A stretch of DNA of 64,000 nucleotides, taken from Planctomycetota bacterium. Its GTDB lineage: Bacteria > Planctomycetota > J058. The DNA lies in assembly GCA_019636275.1 (NCBI GenBank), contig JAHBXY010000010.1, positions 7,785 to 71,784 of the forward strand. Reading direction: 5' to 3'. A program made the position numbers and the translations under genes. Numbering within the stretch: position 1 is the first letter of the stretch; the number at the start of each line of letters is the position of its first letter. The notes beneath the pieces are model-generated. The model worked only from the letters and a program-made list of their open reading frames with translations, was not told where the DNA came from and did not search any database. This document shows, in pieces, positions 47,801 to 56,245 of the stretch.

Positions 47801-48949
47801 ATGCCCACCGTCAACCCCGTGCTCGCCGCCCTGCCCGACTACCCGATCGTCCGCATCGAGGCGGCGAAGGAGCGCCTGCGCCAGGCGGGGCGCGAGGTGT
47901 TCGACTTCGGCACCGGCGACCCGATCGAGCCGACGCCGGCCTTCGTGCGCCAGGCGCTCCTCGGCGCCGTCCCCGAGGTGTGCCGCTACCCCACCTACAA
48001 GGGCGGCCCCGACCTCCGGCGCGCCGCCGCCGGCTACCTGCGCCGGCGGTTCGGCGTCGACCTCGACCCGGAGCGGCAGGTCCTGGGCACGCTCGGCAGC
48101 AAGGAGTCGATCTTCAACCTGCCGTTCGCCTTCCTCGACGCGGCCGGCGGCCGCGACACGGTGGTCTACCCCACGCCCGGCTACCCCGTGTTCGAGGCCG
48201 GGACGCGCTTCGCCGGCGGGCGCGCGCACGGCGTGCCGCTGCGGCCGGAGAGCCGCTTCCTCCTCGAGCCCTGGGCGCTCCCGCGCGAGGTGCGCCAGCG
48301 CCTGGCGATCGTGTGGATCAACTACCCGCACAACCCCACCGGCGCCGTCGCGCCGACCGACTACCTGGAGCGCGTCGCCCGCTTCGCCGCCGACGAGGAC
48401 GTCCTCGTGTGCTCGGACGAGTGCTACGTCGACGTCTACTCGGGCGCGCCCCCGCGCTCGCTCCTCGAGCTGGGCACGAAGAACGTGCTGGCCTTCTTCT
48501 CCTGCTCGAAGCGCTCCGGCATGACCGGCTACCGCAGCGGCTTCGTCGCGGGCGACCCCGCCCTGATCGCGACCTTCGGCAAGCTGCGGCCGAACGTCGG
48601 CACCGCCAGCCAGGTGTTCGTCGACGCCGCCGCCGCCGCCGCCTGGTCGGACGACGAGCACGCCGCCGCGCGCCGCGGGACCTTCGCCGCCAAGCGGGCC
48701 CTCGTCGAGGCCTTCCTGCGCGAGGCCGGGCTCGAGCAGGTCGGCGGCGACGCCACGTTCTTCATGTGGTTCCGCGCCCCCGGCGGCGACGACGTCGCCT
48801 ACGCGGCCCACCTCCTCGAGCGGGGCGGGCTCGTGCTGATCCCCGGAAGCTACTTCGGCCCGGGCGGCGAGGGCTACTGCCGGTTGGCGCTCGTCCCCGA
48901 CCAGGAGACCTGCCGTCGCGCCATGGAGACCTGGCGGCAACTTCTCTGA
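47801..48949 (+). CDS. Class I/II PLP aminotransferase (DapC-like)
   Basis: NYPHNPTG, SDECY, SCSKRSGMTGYRSG. Confidence 0.92.
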   Translation: MPTVNPVLAALPDYPIVRIEAAKERLRQAGREVFDFGTGDPIEPTPAFVRQALLGAVPEVCRYPTYKGGPDLRRAAAGYLRRRFGVDLDPERQVLGTLGSKESIFNLPFAFLDAAGGRDTVVYPTPGYPVFEAGTRFAGGRAHGVPLRPESRFLLEPWALPREVRQRLAIVWINYPHNPTGAVAPTDYLERVARFAADEDVLVCSDECYVDVYSGAPPRSLLELGTKNVLAFFSCSKRSGMTGYRSGFVAGDPALIATFGKLRPNVGTASQVFVDAAAAAAWSDDEHAAARRGTFAAKRALVEAFLREAGLEQVGGDATFFMWFRAPGGDDVAYAAHLLERGGLVLIPGSYFGPGGEGYCRLALVPDQETCRRAMETWRQLL

Positions 48950-49111
48950 CGAAGGGGACTTGGCGACAGCCCCGTTGACGTCCTCCGGGGAAGCCGCCCC
49001 CCGCCTCGCGCGAACGCACCCGAACGAACACCGACCTCCACGGCCGCGCCGCGGTCTCCGCGTGGGCCCTCGTTTGTTCGAGGGTCCGGGCGAAAGGAGG
49101 TCTCTTCCCTC

Positions 49112-50152
49112 GTGATGTCCCTTCGCTCTCGCCTCGTCTCCGGCTCGGCCGCCTTGCTCGCGGTCGGAGCCCTGTCCTTCGGCTGCACCGACACCAAGCG
49201 ACGAACCACCTTCGTCGACGACCCCGAGCGCGGCCGGATCGACGTGTGGGTCACCGACGCGCCGCCCCAGCTCGACCGGCTGCGGCAGGTCAACGTGTTC
49301 TTCGAGCGCGTCGACGCCATCGGCGTCGTCGACACCGGGACGGCGGCCACGCCGATCAACGTCCCCGTGCTGCTCACCCCCGACGACGCCCCGATCCAGG
49401 TCGACCTCTTGCCCCTGCGCGCCGGCCAGCGCCAGTTCCTGGGCTCGGGCGCGGTACCCCGCGGCACCTACCAGAGGTTCAGGGTGTACTTCTCCGATGT
49501 CGAGGTCCTCTACGAGACGACGTTCGGCGAGGAGACCTACTCGATCGCCAACGGCCGCCTCACCGTCGACGGCGCCACGCAGCAGGGCGACCTGTACGCC
49601 TTCGACATCGACGCGCCCGTCGACGCGGCCGGCCAGGGCATCGTGGTCGAGCCAGGCGTGAACGTGCCGGTCCTCATCGACATGGACCTGTTCGAGTCGC
49701 TCGACGCCGTGGGCGACGTGACCGCGCCGACGGCCATGACCTTCACCCCGACGGCGCGCATGCGCCGCCTCGACGGCCCGACGGGCACCGGGTCGATCGC
49801 CGGGCAGGTGCGCGGCGACCGCGGGACCCCCGACCAGGTCGACGACGTGCCGGTCGCGGACGCCATCGTCCAGCTCCGCCAGCCGCTCGACGACGAGACG
49901 ATCGTGGCGAGCACCAAGACCGACGCCCAGGGCATCTACGTGATCGAGGGCCTCGCCCCGGGCGCCTACACGCTGCTCGTCACGAAGGAAGGCGTCGAGC
50001 CGAGCGAGACCGTGGTCAACGTGAACGAGGGTCAGCGGACGACCCAGGACGTCCTGCTCACGGAGGGCCCGGTCGAGCCGACGGACCCCACCGACCCCAC
50101 CGACCCCACCGACCCGAACAACAACAACAACAACAACGGCGCGACCCAGTAG
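49112..50152 (+). CDS. DUF4382 + carboxypeptidase-regulatory-like domain lipoprotein, paralog 1
   Basis: Lipobox SFGC; VWVTDAP, VDLLPL, PRGTY; C-terminal (PTD)x4 and N7 tail. Confidence 0.8.
   Translation: MMSLRSRLVSGSAALLAVGALSFGCTDTKRRTTFVDDPERGRIDVWVTDAPPQLDRLRQVNVFFERVDAIGVVDTGTAATPINVPVLLTPDDAPIQVDLLPLRAGQRQFLGSGAVPRGTYQRFRVYFSDVEVLYETTFGEETYSIANGRLTVDGATQQGDLYAFDIDAPVDAAGQGIVVEPGVNVPVLIDMDLFESLDAVGDVTAPTAMTFTPTARMRRLDGPTGTGSIAGQVRGDRGTPDQVDDVPVADAIVQLRQPLDDETIVASTKTDAQGIYVIEGLAPGAYTLLVTKEGVEPSETVVNVNEGQRTTQDVLLTEGPVEPTDPTDPTDPTDPNNNNNNNGATQ
50078..50137 (+). repeat. In-frame tandem repeats (9-nt x4 and AAC x7)
   Basis: ccgacggaccccaccgaccccaccgaccccaccgacccg followed by (aac)7. Confidence 0.9.
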
Positions 50153-50160
50153 CGCCCGGC

Positions 50161-50201
50161 CCGGCCGCGAGACCAGGCGACGCGCCTGGTCTCGCGGCCG
50201 G
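50161..50201. terminator. 19-bp perfect hairpin between paralogs
   Basis: ccggccgcgagaccaggcg-acg-cgcctggtctcgcggccgg. Confidence 0.65.
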
Positions 50202-50338
50202 GTGAGATCCCCCACCCGGGGAAGTCGACCCGACGTCGCGAGAACTCCCCGCACGTCACCCCCCGGGCGCACCCGAGGTCGCTCCGCCTCCACGTTGGGC
50301 CCCCGTTTGTTTGTCGGGCCGGCGAAAGGAGGCTCTCC

Positions 50339-51271
50339 GTGATCTCTCTTCGCTCACGCTTCGTTTCCGCCCTGGTCGTGCTCGTCGCGGCCGGGACCTT
50401 CGCCGCCGGCTGCAGCAGCGACCGGCGCAGGCGCACGGTCACCGACCCGGAGCGGGGTCGGATCGACCTGTTCATCACCGACGCGCCCCCGCAGCTCGAC
50501 CGGCTCCGCGCCGTGAACGTGCACATCGAGCGCATCGACGCGATCGGCGTGATCGACACGGCCGTCGGCACCCCGGTGACCGCCCCCATGTTCCTGGCCC
50601 CGCAGGGCCAGGCGACCTCGATCGACCTGCTGCCGCTCCGCGGCGGCCAGCGCCACCAGCTCGCGACGGGCGACATCCCGCGCGGCGTCTACAACGCCGC
50701 GCGCGTCTACCTGCGCGACGTCGAGGTGCGCTACGACACGCCGTTCGGCGAGGAGTCCTACTCCACGACCGACGGCCGGCTGACGATCGCGGGCGCCCAG
50801 CCCGAGGCGGACCGCTGGTACTTCGACGTCGAGCTGCCGGGCGGGGTCGAGGTCCAGCCGGGCCAGACCACCCCGATCCTCATCGACGTCGACCTGTTCG
50901 AGTCGCTCGACGTCCAGGGTGACCTCGAGGCGCCGACGGCCATGACCTTCACGCCGATCGCGCGCGTCCGCCCGCTGACCGCCGAGTTCGGCGGCTCGAT
51001 CGCCGGCGTCGTCCGCACCGACCGCGGGACGGTCGACACGCAGGACGACCAGCCGCTGGCCAACGCCAGCGTGACCGCGCGCCGCGACGGCGCCGTGATC
51101 GCCCGCACCAAGACCGACGCGCAGGGCGTCTACGTGCTCGAGGGGCTCGCGGCCGGGCCCTACGCGATCGAGGCGGACGCGCCGGGCGTCGAGCCCACGC
51201 AGACGGACGTCAACGTCAACGAGGGCCAGCGCACGACGCAGGACCTCCTGCTCGCCGAGCCGCAGTCGTAG
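50339..51271 (+). CDS. DUF4382 lipoprotein, paralog 2
   Basis: Lipobox AAGC; colinear with 49112-50152. Confidence 0.8.
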   Translation: MISLRSRFVSALVVLVAAGTFAAGCSSDRRRRTVTDPERGRIDLFITDAPPQLDRLRAVNVHIERIDAIGVIDTAVGTPVTAPMFLAPQGQATSIDLLPLRGGQRHQLATGDIPRGVYNAARVYLRDVEVRYDTPFGEESYSTTDGRLTIAGAQPEADRWYFDVELPGGVEVQPGQTTPILIDVDLFESLDVQGDLEAPTAMTFTPIARVRPLTAEFGGSIAGVVRTDRGTVDTQDDQPLANASVTARRDGAVIARTKTDAQGVYVLEGLAAGPYAIEADAPGVEPTQTDVNVNEGQRTTQDLLLAEPQS

Positions 51272-51307
51272 GCCGCCGACCGGGCTGACGACCGAGCTGA
51301 CGACGAC

Positions 51308-51344
51308 CCGCGCGCCGGGCCCCCTCGAGGGGTCCCGGCGCGCG
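51308..51344. terminator. Hairpin between convergent genes
   Basis: ccgcgcgccggg-cccctcgaggggt-cccggcgcgcgg. Confidence 0.6.
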
Positions 51345-51360
51345 GTCATTCGGCGCGGCG

Positions 51361-52734
51361 TCAGAAGTCCTTGACGTCGACCCGCCAGGCGCCGTCCTCG
51401 CCGCGCACGAGCAGGACCTCGCGCTCGGCCGGGTCGCCCTCGTCGGGGCGCAGGCGGACCTTGAACACGACCTTGCCGGGCTCCGGCTCGTTGCGCGACA
51501 CGAGCTCGCAGTGGCGGAAGCTCGGGATCGGGTCGCTCAGGCCCAGCTTCCGGTCGACGTAGAGCCGGGCGACGACCGCCCGCTCGCCGTGGCGCCACGC
51601 GGCCAGGAGCGAGGTCAGCGCCTGGTTGGCGCCGCGCGTGTCGAGCGCGCGGAAGAAGGCCTCGTTGGCGCGCAGCCCGCCGGCGACCAGCGTGGCGGCC
51701 GTGGCGACGTTGGGGTCGGCGTCGCTGCGGAAGCGGTGGACGTAGCCCAGGCCCGGCCGGCCGAGCAGGCTCAGCTCGGCGCGCGCGGCCTCGCTGCGCG
51801 CGCGGTCGCGCGAGGCGACCTCGCGCACCAGCGCCCCGGCGCGGTGGATCAGCGCCACGTGCACGAGCGCCTCCTCCCAGCGCCGCGCGCCGAGGACCTC
51901 GTCGGGCAGCTCGCCCGAGGCCCCCCCCGACCCGCCGAGGACCACGGCCGCCATGCCCTGGGCCACGAACAGGCCCCCGTCCCCCGGCTGGGCGCCGATC
52001 CCGACCGACACCTGCGGCAGCTCGCGCTTGAGGCGCGTGACGAGCTGCTCCATGTAGGTCGCGTGCGAGAGCGAGCGCGAGAACAGGTCCCAGAAGACCA
52101 CCGGCGCGCGCGGCACCTGCCGCAGGGTCAGCCAGTCGCGGAACTTGCTCGTGAACGTCTCGTCGAGGCCGGTCAGGTAGACGAGCTGGTAGTGCTGCGA
52201 CAGCGTGCGCAGCGCCAGGAACGCCCCGTCGACGACGGGGATCTGGTCGTTGGCCTTGCCGCGGAACATGGTCAGGTTCGTCGCTTGCGACACGGTCCCG
52301 TCGACCTGCACGAGGATCACGGCGCGGTCGGGCGCCGGGACGGCCACGAGCAAGGGCGCCGGCAGCGCCACGTAGGACGACCCGCGGCGCACGCGCACCT
52401 CGACGTCGAACTGCCCGGCCGCCGGGGGCGTCCACTCCAGCTCGGCGTCGCCGTCGTTGCTGGTCTCGCCCGTGCCGAGGAAGCGCCCCTCCTCGAGGGC
52501 GCGCCCGTCCTCGCCCACGAGGTAGAAGTCGAGCGGCTCGCCCTTGACGTCGGGGTTGATCCCCATGAAGCCCTTGCGCTGCAGCTTGGCGCGCAGCTTC
52601 ACCGACCGGCCCGGCCGGCCGAGGACGTCGGTCGCGCGCAGCTCGCCCTGCTTCGTCTCCGCCCGCGCCGCCGGCGGCGGGGCCAGCAGCAGCGCCAGCA
52701 GCGCCGCCCCCGTGAACGCGATCCTCGAGCTCAT
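51361..52734 (-). CDS. Secreted protein: Ig-like + LNS2/HAD-like (degenerate) + helical + NTF2-like C-terminus
   Basis: Signal peptide; VILVQVDGTVS, VYLTG, VGIG...D pattern. Confidence 0.6.
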   Translation of the reverse strand: MSSRIAFTGAALLALLLAPPPAARAETKQGELRATDVLGRPGRSVKLRAKLQRKGFMGINPDVKGEPLDFYLVGEDGRALEEGRFLGTGETSNDGDAELEWTPPAAGQFDVEVRVRRGSSYVALPAPLLVAVPAPDRAVILVQVDGTVSQATNLTMFRGKANDQIPVVDGAFLALRTLSQHYQLVYLTGLDETFTSKFRDWLTLRQVPRAPVVFWDLFSRSLSHATYMEQLVTRLKRELPQVSVGIGAQPGDGGLFVAQGMAAVVLGGSGGASGELPDEVLGARRWEEALVHVALIHRAGALVREVASRDRARSEAARAELSLLGRPGLGYVHRFRSDADPNVATAATLVAGGLRANEAFFRALDTRGANQALTSLLAAWRHGERAVVARLYVDRKLGLSDPIPSFRHCELVSRNEPEPGKVVFKVRLRPDEGDPAEREVLLVRGEDGAWRVDVKDF

Positions 52735-52754
52735 GGTTCGACCTCCGCGCCGGC

Positions 52755-53255
52755 TCACCAGCGGAACGCGCACCGCGCGCACACCCGCGCGCAGGCGTCG
52801 ATCAGGTTGTCGTGGTCGTTGAAGCACGACGGGCACACGTGGTCGGGCATGTAGACCTCGCGCGCCGTCCCGTCGGGCAGCTCGACCGTGAAGCGCGAGC
52901 GCGTCGTGAGCACGCCCGCGTGGTCCCAGCCCCCGGCCGGCGCAGGCGGCCCGTCCGCCGCCTCGCCCTCGGCCCCGCAGCCGCAGCCCCGGCCGGCGCG
53001 GCCGGCGCGGGGGCAGCGGCGGCAGGTGCCGCCGGCCGCGCCGCGCGGCCCGGGGCGCAGGACGCCGACGAGCTCGAGCCTGTCCTCCGGCCGCGCCGCG
53101 CTGACCCACAGCTCCGCGCCGGCGCCGTCGAGCAGCGCGCGCAGCCCGTCGAGCGCGCCCGCGCGGTCGAGCCGCTCGAGCTCGCGCGCGACCTCCTCGT
53201 TGACGCGGTAGAACGCGCTGGGGTCGGGCGGCAGGAGCGGCCTCGCGTCGAGCAT
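52755..53255 (-). CDS. Cys-rich hypothetical protein
   Basis: ATG 53255; CRRC, CGC, CPSC, CARVCARC. Confidence 0.6.
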   Translation of the reverse strand: MLDARPLLPPDPSAFYRVNEEVARELERLDRAGALDGLRALLDGAGAELWVSAARPEDRLELVGVLRPGPRGAAGGTCRRCPRAGRAGRGCGCGAEGEAADGPPAPAGGWDHAGVLTTRSRFTVELPDGTAREVYMPDHVCPSCFNDHDNLIDACARVCARCAFRW

Positions 53256-53384
53256 GGGGCGAGTATAGCGGGGACGCGCGCGTCCCGTCGCGGCGGGACC
53301 CCTCCTGCGTGGGGGCGGCGGGGCCGAACGGCTACGATCGACCCGTGGACGACTCGACACGGGGGCTCTGATACGCTCGGCCCC

Positions 53385-54872
53385 ATGCACGACCTCGTCG
53401 TCCGCGGCGGGACGGTGTTCGACGGCTCGGGCGCGCCGCCGCGCCAGGCCGACGTGGCGATCGCCGGCGGGCGCGTCGTGGCGATCGACCGCCTCCCGCC
53501 GGGCGGCGCCGCGCGCGAGGTCGACGCCGCGGGCGCGCTCGTCACGCCGGGCTTCGTCGACATCCACACGCACTACGACCTGTGCGTCGACTGGCCGGGG
53601 CTCGGCGAGCACTGCCTGCGGCAGGGGATCACGTCGGTCGTCGGCGGCAACTGCGGCCTGGGCGACCCCGACCCCGGCGCCCTCCTCGCGCGCGCCCGGG
53701 CGGCGCGGCTGCCCGTGCACCTGGGCGTCCTGGCGCCGTTCGGGCCCCTGCGCGGGCTCGTCGTCCCGCGCCATGAAGGCCGCCCGGCGCGGCCCGACGA
53801 GGTGCCGCTCGTGGCGGCGGCCGTGGCGCAGGCGCTCGACCAGGGCGCGCTCGGGCTCTCGTGGGGCCCCTACCACGGCAACACGCTGGCCTCGCCCGAC
53901 GAGCTGGCGGCGGCCGTGGCCACGGCGGCGCGCCGGGGCAAGCCGCTCGTCGTCCACCGCCGCAGCGAGGGCGTGCACGGCCTCGCGGCCACGCGCGAGG
54001 CGATCGCCCTGGCCCGCGCGGCGGGCGCCAGGCTGCAGGTCTCGCACCTCAAGGCGGCCGGCCGCGTCCACTGGGGGCAGTTCGAGCCGGTGCTCGAGGC
54101 GCTCGACGACGCCCGCCGCGACCTCGACGTGGCCGTCGACGTCTACCCCTACGACGCCAGCCTCACCTACCTCTCGGCCATGCTCCCGAACGAGCTCACC
54201 GCCGACGGCCGCCTCCTCGAGGCGCTCGCCACGCGCGACGGGCGCGCGCGCGCGCGCGCCGCCGTGGCCACGTGGTTCGCCGAGCGGCAGGGGCCCGAGC
54301 ACGTCGTCGTGCACGAGCCGACGCTGCCGGCGGTCCCGCGAGGGTCGTCGCTCCTGGCCGCCGCCCGGGCGCTCGGCGAGGACGACGCGGCCGAGGCGGC
54401 CCTGCGCCTGATCGCCGCCGACCCGCGCGGCACGGGCGGCTGGACCACCTACAAGCACACCATGGCGCCGGAGCAGGTCGAGCACGCCCTCGACCTGCCC
54501 TGGGCGGCGATCGCCTCCGACGCCGTGCCCGAGGAGGACGGCTCGGGGCTCTCGACCTCCACGCACCCGCGCTGCTTCTCGACCTTCGCCCGGGCGCTGG
54601 GCCGCGCGGCGCGGCGCGGTGACGACGCCCTGGCGCGCGCCGTGCGCCAGGCCACCTCGCTGCCGGCCGCGCGCTTCGGCCTCGAGCGCGGGCGCCTGGC
54701 CCCGGGCGCGCCCGCCGACCTCGTCGTCCTGCGCGACCTCGACGACGTCGCCACGCACGAGGCGCCGGCCCGCTACCCACCCGGCGTCGCGGCGGTCGTC
54801 GTCGAGGGCGCCCTGGCGCTCGTCGACGGCGCCCTCACCGGGGCCCGCCCCGGGGTGATCCTCGCCGGGTGA
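53385..54872 (+). CDS. N-acyl-D-amino-acid deacylase (amidohydrolase)
   Basis: PGFVDIHTHYD, GNCG, HRRSEG, SHLKA, DVYPY, IASD, THPR. Confidence 0.88.
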   Translation: MHDLVVRGGTVFDGSGAPPRQADVAIAGGRVVAIDRLPPGGAAREVDAAGALVTPGFVDIHTHYDLCVDWPGLGEHCLRQGITSVVGGNCGLGDPDPGALLARARAARLPVHLGVLAPFGPLRGLVVPRHEGRPARPDEVPLVAAAVAQALDQGALGLSWGPYHGNTLASPDELAAAVATAARRGKPLVVHRRSEGVHGLAATREAIALARAAGARLQVSHLKAAGRVHWGQFEPVLEALDDARRDLDVAVDVYPYDASLTYLSAMLPNELTADGRLLEALATRDGRARARAAVATWFAERQGPEHVVVHEPTLPAVPRGSSLLAAARALGEDDAAEAALRLIAADPRGTGGWTTYKHTMAPEQVEHALDLPWAAIASDAVPEEDGSGLSTSTHPRCFSTFARALGRAARRGDDALARAVRQATSLPAARFGLERGRLAPGAPADLVVLRDLDDVATHEAPARYPPGVAAVVVEGALALVDGALTGARPGVILAG

Positions 54873-55094
54873 CGCCCCGCCCGCACGCCGGCCGCCCGCG
54901 GGCTGTTTTACGGTCGCGTGACCGAGAGCCGGTTCGGACAACGTTCGCGCGCGAGCGCGGGCAAACCCTTCGCCGGTCGCGACCGGCCGCGAGGGCCCGC
55001 GGGGCGACGCGCGGTCACACGTCGGGGTCGTCGCGCGACCAACTCTCCGTCGCGCTTTCCTGGCGGCGCGATCCCTGGTTTCCTTAACCGGGCC

Positions 55095-55871
55095 ATGAGT
55101 GACCATCTCGCCTGCATCGGGATCTCGGCCGCCGAGCCGCAGGCGTTCGAGCAGACGCTGAACCAGCTCGCCGCGCGCGCCCCGGTGCGCGCGCGCCCGG
55201 ACGGGGGCAAGCTCCTCGCCTGGCGCGACCGCAGCGGCGCCGCCCTCGTCTTGCAGCTCGGGCGCAAGGGCGAGGTGCTGTGCTTCACGCCCACCTTCGA
55301 CGGCGCCTCGCGGATCCCCGCCGTGCCGCGGCGGCTGATCAACGACAGCCGCTGCCCCTTCTGCGAGCGCATGCTCGTGGACGTGCGCGACGACGAGGGC
55401 CGCGTCGTCTACCCGCTGATCGTGTCGGTCGAGGACGCCGGCGCCGTGCGCGACCGGATCCCGCTCGACGAGGACGTGACCCTCTCGGTCACGGCCTTCG
55501 CCGAGGTGATCGAGTCCTGGCCCGACGAGCCCTCGTTCCTGCGCGACCAGGGGCCGGGCGAGCCCGGCGTCGAGGCGCTCCTCCCGGCCGGCCTCTACGC
55601 CGACCAGCCGGCGGCCGAGGCGATCTTCACCGGCCGCGTGCTCGCCTCCGAGGTGCGCACCAACGCCTCGACCGGGCAGCGCTTCGTGTGGGCGCACGTG
55701 AAGACCCAGGGCGGCGCCTACGACGTCGTCGCCTCGACCGAGAGCCTCCCCACCGGCCTGGCGCCGGGCGCGATCGTCCAGGGCGTGTTCTGGATGGTCG
55801 GCCGCGTGGTGCAGGGGCTCAAGACGCTCACGCCGCCGTCGAAGAAGGCCAAGGCCAACGGCCAGGTGTGA
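55095..55871 (+). CDS. Hypothetical protein
   Basis: Good codon usage; OB-fold-like C-terminal half. Confidence 0.7.
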   Translation: MSDHLACIGISAAEPQAFEQTLNQLAARAPVRARPDGGKLLAWRDRSGAALVLQLGRKGEVLCFTPTFDGASRIPAVPRRLINDSRCPFCERMLVDVRDDEGRVVYPLIVSVEDAGAVRDRIPLDEDVTLSVTAFAEVIESWPDEPSFLRDQGPGEPGVEALLPAGLYADQPAAEAIFTGRVLASEVRTNASTGQRFVWAHVKTQGGAYDVVASTESLPTGLAPGAIVQGVFWMVGRVVQGLKTLTPPSKKAKANGQV

Positions 55872-56054
55872 TCGACGGCTGCGGCCGCGGATGCCGGGCG
55901 ATCCCGCGCGCGCGCTCGTCGTGTGATCGACGGCTGCGGCCGCGGATGCCGGGCGAGGCCGCGCGCGCGCGGCCGCCAGGATCCGGCGATCGATAGCGCC
56001 CGCGCGCGCGCGGCCTCGCCTCGGCCTCCGCGCCCTCGCCTCGCTCGTGGCTCC
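55866..56054 (+). repeat. Repeat family 1 (partial copy plus full copy)
   Basis: gtgtgatcgacggctgcggccgcggatgccgggcga twice (55866, 55921); ends ctcgcctcgctcgtggctcc; reverse complement of 7340-7904 motifs. Confidence 0.85.
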
Positions 56055-56149
56055 GTTCCGCCCGTGGCCTTGGCGTATCGGCGCATGTTGCGTCGTTGCA
56101 GAGGGCACTCGCTCGTCGAAGCGCGCCTGCTGCTGAAGGCTCGTAAGCG

Positions 56150-56214
56150 GACTCGCCGCCACTCGACTCGCCGCCAGTCGACGCCAGTCGACTCGCTGCC
56201 GGTCTGCTCGCCGC
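56150..56214. repeat. Degenerate ~15-nt tandem repeat
   Basis: gactcgccgccactc / gactcgccgccagtc / gacgccagtc / gactcgctgccggtc. Confidence 0.6.
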
Positions 56215-56245
56215 ATTGCGACGCGCCGGCGGCAGATCGCCCCCC

